Source: Microcoleus sp.
Lineage (GTDB): Bacteria > Cyanobacteriota > Cyanobacteriia > Cyanobacteriales > Microcoleaceae
Assembly: GCA_042408215.1 (NCBI GenBank)
Contig: JAYFMW010000017.1
Span: 320,001-384,000, forward strand
DNA: 64,000 nucleotides
Reading direction: 5' to 3'
Shown in pieces: positions 9,832-19,700 of this stretch (positions within the stretch are counted from its first letter, which is position 1; every line of letters starts with the position of its first letter). Position numbers and translations under genes: made by a program. The notes beneath the pieces were generated by a model. It had not been told where the DNA came from and ran no database searches. It saw nothing but the letters and a program-made list of their open reading frames with translations.

Positions 9832-10671
9832 ATGGGTTATTCGAGCGATGTGAGTGACAAAGAGTGGGAAATCATCGAGCCATTACTGCCCCAGAAGAAG
9901 AAAACTAGGCCACCAGTGTGGACAAAACGGCAAGTTCACGGGCGGCATATTTTATCAACTCAAAAATGGTTGTAATTGGTCTGACCTACCCAGAGATCTA
10001 CCGCCATACTCGACAGTATTTTGGCATTACCAGAATTGGTGTGAGGAAGGTGCACTCGATCTAATCTTGGTACAGCTACATAGCAAGGTGCGTGAACAAG
10101 TCAAAAAAAACCGCAGTGGACGACATTAATCATGGTTGATTCACAAGCTGTAAAAAATACTTGTAATGCTAGTATTGAGTCGAAAGGGTTTTGTTTTTAC
10201 AAGACAACAAACGGTATCAAAAGACACCTAGCCGTCGATATCCTGGGCTTTCCGTTCTTTACTCATTGCACCAAAGCTAGCTTATCAGATGATTGTGGTT
10301 TGATTGAAATGTTTTCCCAAAACATCGATTATTTCAAATTGAAACCTGTCGAGTTACCGAAGACAACCATCTTATTAGATAACGGCTATCATCCTGAAAA
10401 ACTCACTCAAGCTTTGGAGGAGATTTACCCTGACATTATGACTAAGATTCAATTTGAACTCTCAGCCAAACCATCAAAAGCAGAGAAGGCAGCTAAAGGG
10501 CAATCTGGATTTGTGCCTGTGGCGGCTAGATGGGTAATTGAACGTTCAAATGCTTGGGTAGATCGATGTAAAAGCTTAATCAAGAATTTTGACCGTACAC
10601 TCGCTCGTTCCAATGCCAAGCTCAAGCTGTGTTTCATTCGGCTAATGCTCAAACGGCTAGCATCCTCTTAA
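9832..10671 (+). pseudogene. IS5-family transposase, split over three reading segments
   Basis: MGYSSDVSDKEW / GIFYQLKNGCNWSDLP / VDSQAVKNT...RWVIERSNAW; A8 slippery site at ~10103 (normal programmed shift) plus an extra shift at ~9940. Confidence 0.8.
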
Positions 10672-10856
10672 AAAGATCTCAAATGGGTTCTATATCCTTG
10701 AAGCTATATTAAGTGCAGATTCATAGTGAATTGCTATGAGCCGCCTCCTTGTGGAGGGTAAACGCTTAATAGCAGAATTTTCATGGCAAATTTACAATAC
10801 TCCGAACAATTTTGAGTTGAGAAGAGGTCTGAGAAAAATCAAAAGTTGGTTCGATG

Positions 10857-11708
10857 CTACACCTCCCATTTCAATTCTTCGTTTTCTTTATCGGCAATTT
10901 CTTCAAATAAACGCTCCACAGTAGGGTCAAGTTCTTGACGCCAACGCAAATCTAAAGTAATTTCTAAACCATGATTTTGGTAATAATCTGAGCAACGCTT
11001 TGATACCTTATGTAAAAATTCTTCTGTATTTTTGTGTTGAGCCTTTACTATTAAAAACTTCGTTCCGTTGTTTCCTCCTACTGGATGATGTTCGTGCTGG
11101 TAATATTTAACCATTTGGGGTTGATAGTCTATTTCCAAAAAATCGCAAAGCGTTCTGATGACATTTTCTACATTTGTGGCAAGATGTTCATATTTTATCT
11201 TAATTTTATTACCCTTAAAATGACGGTACAATTCTTGGGTTTCATTAATGATTTCCTTCCAATCATTAATTATTTCTTTGACATTTTTTTGAGGATATTT
11301 TCTGGTGCGGGAATTGATAACTGCCCGCCCATCTCTTTGGAGAAATATCAAAAAAGGTTGGGAAGATGTTTTTTGAATAGTGGCTATTTGTTCTTCTAGC
11401 CAAGAAGTGTTTTTTGTAGAATCAATTACAATTGGCTTTTGTGTTTTGAGCGATATTTGTTCGTATAAGTCTAGGTGAGTGCTAGTAATAAAATCTTTCC
11501 AAACTGGACAATTGATACCACAAAGGTTGCAAGTTCTTTTTATGGGGTAGTTTGTATTTTGCATGAATCTGGCTTTCCTTGCCTCTCCCGAGTAGAAACA
11601 ATCCTGATGACTTCCCAGTATAAGTCCTAGAAGCGTAGAGCCAGAGTGACCAGCGCCACAGATAAAACAAACCTTTTGATTGATTCTTGATCCAGAATTT
11701 AGCACCAT
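10857..11708 (-). CDS. Sulfotransferase family protein
   Basis: FICGAGHSGSTLL PAPS loop, IDSTK, LQRDGRAVINS and KYEHL motifs. Confidence 0.85.
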   Translation of the reverse strand: MVLNSGSRINQKVCFICGAGHSGSTLLGLILGSHQDCFYSGEARKARFMQNTNYPIKRTCNLCGINCPVWKDFITSTHLDLYEQISLKTQKPIVIDSTKNTSWLEEQIATIQKTSSQPFLIFLQRDGRAVINSRTRKYPQKNVKEIINDWKEIINETQELYRHFKGNKIKIKYEHLATNVENVIRTLCDFLEIDYQPQMVKYYQHEHHPVGGNNGTKFLIVKAQHKNTEEFLHKVSKRCSDYYQNHGLEITLDLRWRQELDPTVERLFEEIADKENEELKWEV

Positions 11709-11849
11709 ATCGCTCTACTGAAGTTATTGGTTAATTGATATCCGGATTAAACCAGATTAGTGGGATTGGGATTTTTTAACCGCAGATATCAGCAGATGAA
11801 CACAGATGCACGCTGATGGGATTTCTGAAGTGTTTCAACTCTGACTTAA

Positions 11850-12287
11850 TTAGCTATTCATCCGCCGAATAAACTCTAAAGGTAAACCGTCAGTATCGGC
11901 AATAAAAGCTACTTCGTAAACACGATCGCCGATCGCCTGTTGAGTCGGTTCTAATAAAACTTTCAGCGGCTGAAACTGGTTTGGTTGCTCCTTGGTTGCT
12001 TCCTCAAACCGCTCTTTGAGAGACTGTAACCAAGTAGGCAAATCAGTTGTCGTCTCAGTTAAATCGAAAGATAAATGATAGTATCCAACATAATGCTCGT
12101 CTCCGAAGGCATCAGGTGCGGGTTTCGGTTCCGGGATTTGGATGAGTTCGATGCGTCCGTTGAGACCTTCCATCCAACAGGCTAGAGTGTAACCGGTGGT
12201 AAAGCGATCGCTCACAGTAAATCCCAACTGTTCGTAAAAGGCGATCGCTCGGTGAATATTAGCAGTCCGAATCGAGGCGTGGTGCAT
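11850..12287 (-). CDS. VOC/glyoxalase family protein
   Basis: MHHASIRT, GYYHLSF and DTDGLPLEFI; start moved to ATG 12287 because the upstream part is STRR repeat. Confidence 0.85.
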   Translation of the reverse strand: MHHASIRTANIHRAIAFYEQLGFTVSDRFTTGYTLACWMEGLNGRIELIQIPEPKPAPDAFGDEHYVGYYHLSFDLTETTTDLPTWLQSLKERFEEATKEQPNQFQPLKVLLEPTQQAIGDRVYEVAFIADTDGLPLEFIRRMNS

Positions 12288-12428
12288 TCGATTTGAGATT
12301 TGAGATTTTAGATTAGGGAATTGGGAATTGGGCATCGGGCATTGGGCATTGCTAATTGGTAACTGGAACCAACAAATAACCAACGACTAATGACTAATGA
12401 CTAATGACTACGGACTAATGACTAATAA

Positions 12429-12938
12429 CTATTCAAACAACCGAAAATATGGATATCGAATCGGAACTCCCAGCTCTTTTTCCAAATCAAAATTAATTAC
12501 TTCCCAACAAGCTTCCTCCTGGGATTCGGGGCTAAAATCGACGGGTAAACCATAAAGCCTGGGCTGTGGCGATTCCGACTGACCCCGCCAAGGCGCGCTC
12601 CGCTCTAAATAGGTGCTGATTAATTCCCGATAGCGTTGGGCAATGATGATGCGAGTTGCTCGGTAGCCTTGAGTATACAGTCGATCGAGCGCTTCGTGAA
12701 TTTCAAACCGAATGCCGTCGGGGTGAGTGTGCTGGCGATACCATTCATTCTCCCAGTGACGCCAGTGTCGCCCAGACTGAAGGTGAACTAAATCCCCTGT
12801 TTTTGGATCGGCCTCAAATGCCCCGTGACGCGGACATAAATAGGTATCCGTGAGAGTTAGAGCCGGAATGGTTTGGCGACAGTGGGGACACTGAATTTCC
12901 GGGCCAAACATCGGGTATTGCAAGGCTACTTCGATCAT
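12429..12938 (-). CDS. TIGR02652-family cyanobacterial protein
   Basis: YPMFGPEIQCPHC...TDTYLCPRHG signature. Confidence 0.8.
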   Translation of the reverse strand: MIEVALQYPMFGPEIQCPHCRQTIPALTLTDTYLCPRHGAFEADPKTGDLVHLQSGRHWRHWENEWYRQHTHPDGIRFEIHEALDRLYTQGYRATRIIIAQRYRELISTYLERSAPWRGQSESPQPRLYGLPVDFSPESQEEACWEVINFDLEKELGVPIRYPYFRLFE

Positions 12939-13106
12939 GTAGTGCGTCCCAAAATATTTTCTCTGCAAAAGTGCCAAATGCTTTTATTATATCTCCTATT
13001 GACAACCACTTAATCTGCTAAAACTCAACATTCCTGGATCTAAATTTAAGCGGGCGGGCAGGATGCCCACCCCACAAGACTTTTCAGCAACACAACCGAT
13101 CGACAA

Positions 13107-13661
13107 ATGAGCATTTTCAACGAACATCTTGCTAAAGTTACTTCCTATTGGCCCGCGCCCGACCTCTGTGCGGCCGCTTTTGTCGCCCCAGGCGCTGTTG
13201 TCATCGGTAGGGTAGAAGTGGCGGCGGGGGCGAGTATTTGGTACGGGGCGGTGGTGCGAGGGGATGTGGAGCGAATTGCGATCGGCTCTTGTACTAATAT
13301 CCAAGATGGAGCTGTTTTACACGGCGATCCGGGGAAACCAACTATTTTGGAAGATTTTGTGACTGTGGGACACCGAGCTGTGATTCACTCAGCTTACATT
13401 GAGCGGGGCAGTTTGATCGGGATTGGGGCGATCGTCCTCGATGGAGTCAGAGTGGGAACAGGCTCTATCGTCGGTGCAGGGGCTGTTGTTACCAAAGACG
13501 TTCCCCCTCACACGCTAGTTGCGGGAGTACCTGCCAAGCGGCTGCGGGATGTCTCACAGGAGGAATCTGCGGAGTTAATAGAGCACGCTAAGCGTTACGA
13601 AAAGTTGGCGGAAGTTCACGCTGGGAAAGGCACTGATTTGGGATTTAATATTCAGGGCTAG
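13107..13661 (+). CDS. Gamma carbonic anhydrase family protein
   Basis: Hexapeptide repeats; VRGD, NIQDG..H and VGH.A.IH motifs. Confidence 0.9.
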   Translation: MSIFNEHLAKVTSYWPAPDLCAAAFVAPGAVVIGRVEVAAGASIWYGAVVRGDVERIAIGSCTNIQDGAVLHGDPGKPTILEDFVTVGHRAVIHSAYIERGSLIGIGAIVLDGVRVGTGSIVGAGAVVTKDVPPHTLVAGVPAKRLRDVSQEESAELIEHAKRYEKLAEVHAGKGTDLGFNIQG

Positions 13662-13682
13662 GATTCATATAAAATTTAGACC

Positions 13683-16184
13683 ATGAACGATCGCACATCT
13701 CATCCAAACATCCCCCCGCACACCTGGAAACGCCCCATCGGCCTCGGTTGGGACAATCCCTACACAGTCCGCTACCCAAGCAATCTCGACGACGGGCCCT
13801 GGCACGGAATGCCCCTGGGCGGCTTCGGCGCTGGCTGCATCGGGCGATCGCCCCGTGGAGACTTCAACCTCTGGCACATCGATGGCGGCGAACACATTTT
13901 TAATAGTTTACCCGCTTGTCAATTCAGCGTTTTTGAAGAAACTAAAGGCAAAAAACAAGCTTTTGCACTCTGTACTGAACCGCCTACAGATGGCTGTTTA
14001 TCTAGTTGGAAATGGTATCCCAAGGAAGGAAGTTCGGCAACGGATTCTGTAACGGATGTAACGGATGAAAAGAAGAAGGAAGATTTGAATTCTTCTGGGA
14101 ATTATCATGCTTTGTATCCCCGGAGTTGGTGGGTTTATGAAAATGTATTTCAGGCTCAATTAAGCTGCGAGCAATTTTCACCAGTTATACCTCATAACTA
14201 TCAAGAAAGTAGTTATCCAGTCGCCATGTTTGAATGGGTTGCCCACAATCCTACAGATGCGCCGATTACTCTCAGCATCATGTTAACTTGGGAGAATATT
14301 GTTGGCTGGTTTACTAATGCTATACCCCCCCAGCCCCCCCTTGCTAAGGGGGGGTATGGGGGGGTTCCCGTGAAAGTTCGAGATGATGGTAGTCCGGTTT
14401 ATGACTATCAGCCCCGGTGGGGAGAAAGTGGCGGAAATATGAATTTGTTGGTGGAAGATTTTCACCGAATTGGCTGCGTGATGACGCGCTTAAATGCTGA
14501 TGATGATCCAAAAGAAGGAGATGGACAATGGGCGATCGGCACTATTACCAATCCAGCCGTAGAAGTATTCTATCAAACTCGCTGGAATCCGGCGGGGAAG
14601 GGCGAGGACATCTGGCAGAACTTTTCTGGTGACGGTTGTTTGCTGGATGATAAAAACGAGACAGTCGCAGCCCCAGGAGAACGATCGGCTTGTGCGATCG
14701 CAGTTAGGTTTACCATTAGACCAGGAAAAACTCGCAAGATTCCCTTTATTTTAGCATGGGATTTGCCCATTACTGAGTTTGCACCGGGAACTTGGTATTA
14801 CCGCCGCTATACGGATTTCTTCGGCCGCAATGGCAAAAATGCTTGGTCGATGATTCGCACCGCAATGAAGCATTCCGATACTTGGCGCGACAAGATTGAA
14901 GCTTGGCAAAAACCGATTTTGGAACGGGAAGATTTGACTGATAGTTTCAAAATGGCGCTGTTTAATGAGTTGTATATCCTAACTGATGGCGGTACAATTT
15001 GGACTGCGGCTGACGAACGCGATCCGAAGGGTCAATTTGGAGTTTTGGAGTGCATTGATTACCGCTGGTATGAAAGTTTAGACGTGCGTCTTTACGGTTC
15101 TTTTGCTTTGTTGATGTTGTGGCCGGAATTAGAAAAATCGGTAATTATAGCTTTCGCGCGGGCAATTTCTACTGGTGATGATACTCCTAGAATTGTTGGC
15201 TGGAATCAAGCTTCTGCGATTCGGAAAGCCGTCGGTGCGACACCGCACGATTTGGGAGCTCCCAACGAGCATCCTTGGGAGAAAACGAATTATACTAGCT
15301 ATCAAGATTGCAATTTGTGGAAGGATTTGCCTTCGGATTTTGTGTTGCAGGTTTATCGGGATTTCTTGTTGACTGGTAGCACGGATTATGAGTTTTTGCA
15401 AGAGTGTTGGCCGGCAATTGTTGAGGCTTTGGCTTATCTGAAAACCTTTGATGAAGATGGGGACGGAATTCCTGAGAATTCGGGAGCACCGGATCAGACT
15501 TTTGATGATTGGCAAATGCGGGGGATAAGTGCCTATTGCGGTGGTTTGTGGTTGGCTGCGTTGGAAAGTGCGATCGCGATCGGCGAAATCTTAGAAGATG
15601 CAGCGCCAGAGATAATTCCCAATCCCCAAGCAAAAATATCATTATATCACAGTTGGCTGGAACAAGCAAGACCAAACTATCAAGAAAAACTCTGGAACGG
15701 TCAATATTACCGTTTGGATAGTGAGAGTAATTCTGAAGTGGTGATGACGGATCAATTGTGCGGTCAATTTTACGCTAAATTGTTAGGTTTGCCGGATATT
15801 GTACCGCCAGAATGTGCCGTTAGCGCCTTAGAAACAGTCTATGAATCTTGTTTTCTGAAGTTTAATGATGGCGAGTTTGGTGCTGCGAATGGGGTGATGC
15901 TAAACGGTACACCGGAAAATCCGAATGCGACTCATCCTTTGGAAGTTTGGACGGGGATTAATTTTGGGTTGGCGGCTTTTTTGGTGCAGATGGGGATGGA
16001 GGAGAAAGCGTTTAAGTTGACTGATGCGGTGGTGCGACAGATTTATGAGAATGGGTTGCAGTTTCGGACGCCGGAAGCGATTACGGCGGTGGGGACTTTT
16101 CGGGCGAGTCATTATTTGCGGGCGATGGCTATTTGGGCAATTTATTATGTTATGAATTTGAAAACCGCTGATGTAAGCAGATGA
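13683..16184 (+). CDS. GH116 family beta-glucosidase/glucosylceramidase-like
   Basis: GMPLGGFGAG, LECIDYRWYESLDV, PDQTFDDW and FRTPEA motifs. Confidence 0.9.
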   Translation: MNDRTSHPNIPPHTWKRPIGLGWDNPYTVRYPSNLDDGPWHGMPLGGFGAGCIGRSPRGDFNLWHIDGGEHIFNSLPACQFSVFEETKGKKQAFALCTEPPTDGCLSSWKWYPKEGSSATDSVTDVTDEKKKEDLNSSGNYHALYPRSWWVYENVFQAQLSCEQFSPVIPHNYQESSYPVAMFEWVAHNPTDAPITLSIMLTWENIVGWFTNAIPPQPPLAKGGYGGVPVKVRDDGSPVYDYQPRWGESGGNMNLLVEDFHRIGCVMTRLNADDDPKEGDGQWAIGTITNPAVEVFYQTRWNPAGKGEDIWQNFSGDGCLLDDKNETVAAPGERSACAIAVRFTIRPGKTRKIPFILAWDLPITEFAPGTWYYRRYTDFFGRNGKNAWSMIRTAMKHSDTWRDKIEAWQKPILEREDLTDSFKMALFNELYILTDGGTIWTAADERDPKGQFGVLECIDYRWYESLDVRLYGSFALLMLWPELEKSVIIAFARAISTGDDTPRIVGWNQASAIRKAVGATPHDLGAPNEHPWEKTNYTSYQDCNLWKDLPSDFVLQVYRDFLLTGSTDYEFLQECWPAIVEALAYLKTFDEDGDGIPENSGAPDQTFDDWQMRGISAYCGGLWLAALESAIAIGEILEDAAPEIIPNPQAKISLYHSWLEQARPNYQEKLWNGQYYRLDSESNSEVVMTDQLCGQFYAKLLGLPDIVPPECAVSALETVYESCFLKFNDGEFGAANGVMLNGTPENPNATHPLEVWTGINFGLAAFLVQMGMEEKAFKLTDAVVRQIYENGLQFRTPEAITAVGTFRASHYLRAMAIWAIYYVMNLKTADVSR

Positions 16185-16388
16185 ACACTGATTAACGCAG
16201 ATAATATCTGATTTATCTGCGTTGATTGGTGTTTGTTTGGTTGTCAAATTGAAAATTAGTATTAGTTAAGGAGTTATATCAATTCCGGTTGGATCGGAAT
16301 GATTTAACCGCAGAGAACGCAGAGAACACAGAGGAAGAGAAGAGAGAGATGAATAATTCTGATGAAGAGAGGATTTTATATTAGAGAT

Positions 16389-16729
16389 ATGAATCCTCTC
16401 TTAAAAAACTATTGCGCGAGTGTTGAGTTTCCTGATGTGAGCGGTGCAGAATACTTAGAAATGCTCCAAATTCGCGATCGCCTTGCAGAAAGTGCATCTC
16501 AATTGAGTGAAGAAGAAAAGATATTACTCGCCAATTAATTTAAAACGTAAATGTTTTTTATCACGAGTTGTCGCGCTTTGTCAATTTAACTGCAATGAGA
16601 AAAGCAGAAGCTATTCTTCCTCAAGGTTGGTGGTGGTATTTGGATGTGTTGGTATTTTTGCCAATTTCCTTAAAACCAGAGTTAAACAGTCGAAATGTTG
16701 AGGTAGATCAGGTGTTGGCTGCTAAATAG
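16389..16729 (+). pseudogene. Disrupted small hypothetical gene
   Basis: MNPLLKNY...EEKILLAN* then continues as FYHELSRF...WWWYLDVL... Confidence 0.5.
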
Positions 16730-16780
16730 AACTAATATTTAATGCAAGGATTAAAGTCCTTACTAAAAACCTATTGTGTC

Positions 16781-19700
16781 TTAAATTATGGTAAAGTCTT
16801 GTGGTTCGATCGCACTTGCTTGCATTCCTTTGAGTTTAGCTAAAAGTCGATCGGTTCCGGCTATCCTGATTAAGGTAGCACTGTTTTCTTGGACAATGCT
16901 GAGTCCATCGAATGTCAAGCCTCTTGTTAAAATAAGCACATCTTCGCCCTTGGTAAAATCAGTAATTACATGACCGCCTTCTCCCGCAGTTAACACAAAG
17001 TAATCGCGTCCGTTTCCCCCTTGCAGTGTATCATTACCTAAATCTCCCATCAGCCAGTCATCGCCTATTCCGCCCGTCAAAGTATCGTCACCTTTGCCGC
17101 CATGAAGAGTATCATTACCGTCACATCCACACAATTTATCGGTATCGTCATTGCCAAAAATTAAGTCATTACCACTACCACCGCAGATGTAATCTTTTTG
17201 ACTGCTAGCATCTGTGGCAATATTATCCGTATCTCCCACCATTGTATCGTCTCCTTCGCCACCGCAGATGCTGTCATTTCCTAAATCTCCTAACAGTAAA
17301 TCATTGCCGGAATTGCCGAATATTAGATCGTTATCTTGACCACCATGTAGGGTATCATTATCTTCGCCACCAGAAAGAGAGTCTTCGCTTTCTTTTCCAT
17401 ATAAAATGTCATTTCCCCGATCGCCAAATAGCAAATCTCGTCCAGTTAAATCACCATCAGACGCATCTGAAGTGTCGCCAAATATGGTATCATTACCGTC
17501 ATCGCCAAGTAAAGTATCGTTGCCTTTATCGCCCCAGATTAAGTCATTGTCTTTGCCGCCGATCGCCAGATCGTGATCCTTACCTGAATAAATAATATCA
17601 TCGCCAGCATGACCGATGATGTAGTCATGGTTTTCATTGCCAAATATGGTGTCGCTGTCTGTATCCGGGGCGACAGAAATGTTACTAGGAAATCCACCAT
17701 AAATATGATCGCTGCCTTCGAGTCCAATTAGCAAGTCGCTACCGTTAAAACCATTGATGCTGTCGTTAAAATTACTCCCCGTTAAGGTATCTTTACCGTC
17801 AGTAGTGTTGAGGGTGTTTTCGGTAATATTGGGGGCGGGAATGGAAGTGCGATCGGGTAAAATAGTGCGATCGCAAATGCAGTTTTCCCAAAAAGTGTCG
17901 GTATTCCCCCCATCAAAATCAGTCGGCGTTTCCCCAGCAACTTGTAGGGGCGGTGCCCCCAGGCTCACCCCCACCTGAATTGGAGTTTCCGCAGAAGTTG
18001 GCGTCGGCGTCGGAGTTTCCGCAGAAATTGGAATTGGCGTCGGCGTCGGAGTTTCCGCAGAAATTGGAGTTGGCGTCGGCGTCGGAGTTTCCGCAGAAAT
18101 TGGAATTGGCGTCGGCGTCGGAGTTTCCGCAGAAATTGGAGTTGGCGTCGGTGTCGGAGTTTCCGCAGAAATTGGAGTTGGAGTTGGCGTCGGAGTTTCT
18201 GCAGAAATTGGAGTTGGCGTCGGCGTCGGAGTTTCCGCAGAAATTGGAGTTGGCGTCGGTGTCGGAGTTTCCGCAGAAATTGGAGTCGGTGTCGGCGTCG
18301 GAGTTTCCGCAGGCGTCGGAGTCGGAGTCGGAGTTGGAGTCGGAGTTTCCGCAGAAATTGGAGTTGGTGTCGGCGTCGGAGTTTCCGCAGGCGTCGGAGT
18401 CGGAGTCGGAGTTGGAGTCGGAGTTTCCGCAGAAATTGGAGTTGGCGTCGGCGTCGGAGTTTCCGCAGAAATTGGTGTCGGAGTTTCCGCAGAAATTGGA
18501 GTTGGCGTCGGCGTCGGAGTTTCCGCAGAAATTGGTGTCGGAGTTTCCGCAGAAATTGGAGTTGGCGTCGGCGTCGGAGTTTCCGCAGAAATTGGTGTCG
18601 GCGTCGGAGTCGGAGTTTCCGCAGAAATTGGAATTGGCGTCGGAGTTTCCGCAGGCGTCGGAGTCGGAGTCGGAGTTGGAGTCGGAGTTTCCGCAGAAAT
18701 TGGAGTTGGCGTCGGTGTCGGAGTTTCCGCAGAAATTGGAGTTGGAGTTGGCGTCGGAGTTTCCGCAGAAATTGGAATTGGCGTCGGCGTCGGAGTTTCC
18801 GCAGAAATTGGTGTCGGCGTCGGAGTCAGAGTTTCCGCAGGAGTTGGAGTCGGCGTCGGAGTTTCCGCAGAAATTGGAGTTGGCGTCGGAGTTGGAGTCG
18901 GAGTTTCCGCAGAAATTGGAGTTGGCGTCGGCGTCGGAGTTTCCGCAGAAATTGGAGTTGGCGTCGGCGTCGGAGTTTCCGCAGAAATTGGTGTCGGAGT
19001 TTCCGCAGAAATTGGAGTTGGCGTCGGCGTCGGAGTTTCCGCAGAAATTGGTGTCGGCGTCGGAGTCGGAGTTTCCGCAGGCGTTGGCGTCGGCGTCGGC
19101 GTCGGAGTTTCCGCAGAAATTGGTGTCGGAGTTTCCGCAGAAATTGGAGTTGGCGTCGGCGTCGGAGTTTCCGCAGAAATTGGAGTTGGAGTCGGCGTCG
19201 GAGTTTCCGCAGGCGTCGGAATTGGCGTCGGAGTGGGAGTCGTATCTACAATAGTCAAAACAGCCGTCGAAATTGTTCCCAAATCAGCCCCATTAGTAGG
19301 AGAAATTAATCTGAGGTTAACAGTTTCATTCCCTTCTACTAAGGTGTCATCAATAATTTCAATAGTGAAAGTTTTACTCGTTTCGCCGATCGCAAAATTC
19401 AAAGTACCCGATGTCGCAGTATAATCGCTACCAGCATTCGCCGTGCCATTACTTGTGTTATAATCGACACTCGCCACTCCATTAATATCATCAGTGCGAG
19501 TCACAGTAATTGTGCCAAAATTACCGTTTTCACTAACCGTATAATCTGCCGCACTAAAGTTAAATGTACCTGTATTATTGACGTTGATCCTGAAAGTTTG
19601 ATTTGGCGAAGTATCCACGCCACCGTTAGCTGTACCGCCACTGTCTTTGAGGTTTATAGTAATCGTAGCATTGCCAGTTTTACCTGTTGCGGGCGTAAAA

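Larger units (their letters stand above)
9614..10692 (+). mobile_element. IS5-family insertion sequence
   Basis: ~38 bp TIRs (TAGAACCCATTTGAGATCTTTT(T)AAGAGGATGCTAGCCG) with TA/TATA flanks. Confidence 0.9.

Noticed and set aside
17953..19254. 433 aa + strand ORF
   Set aside because: Antisense shadow of the Pro-Thr repeat
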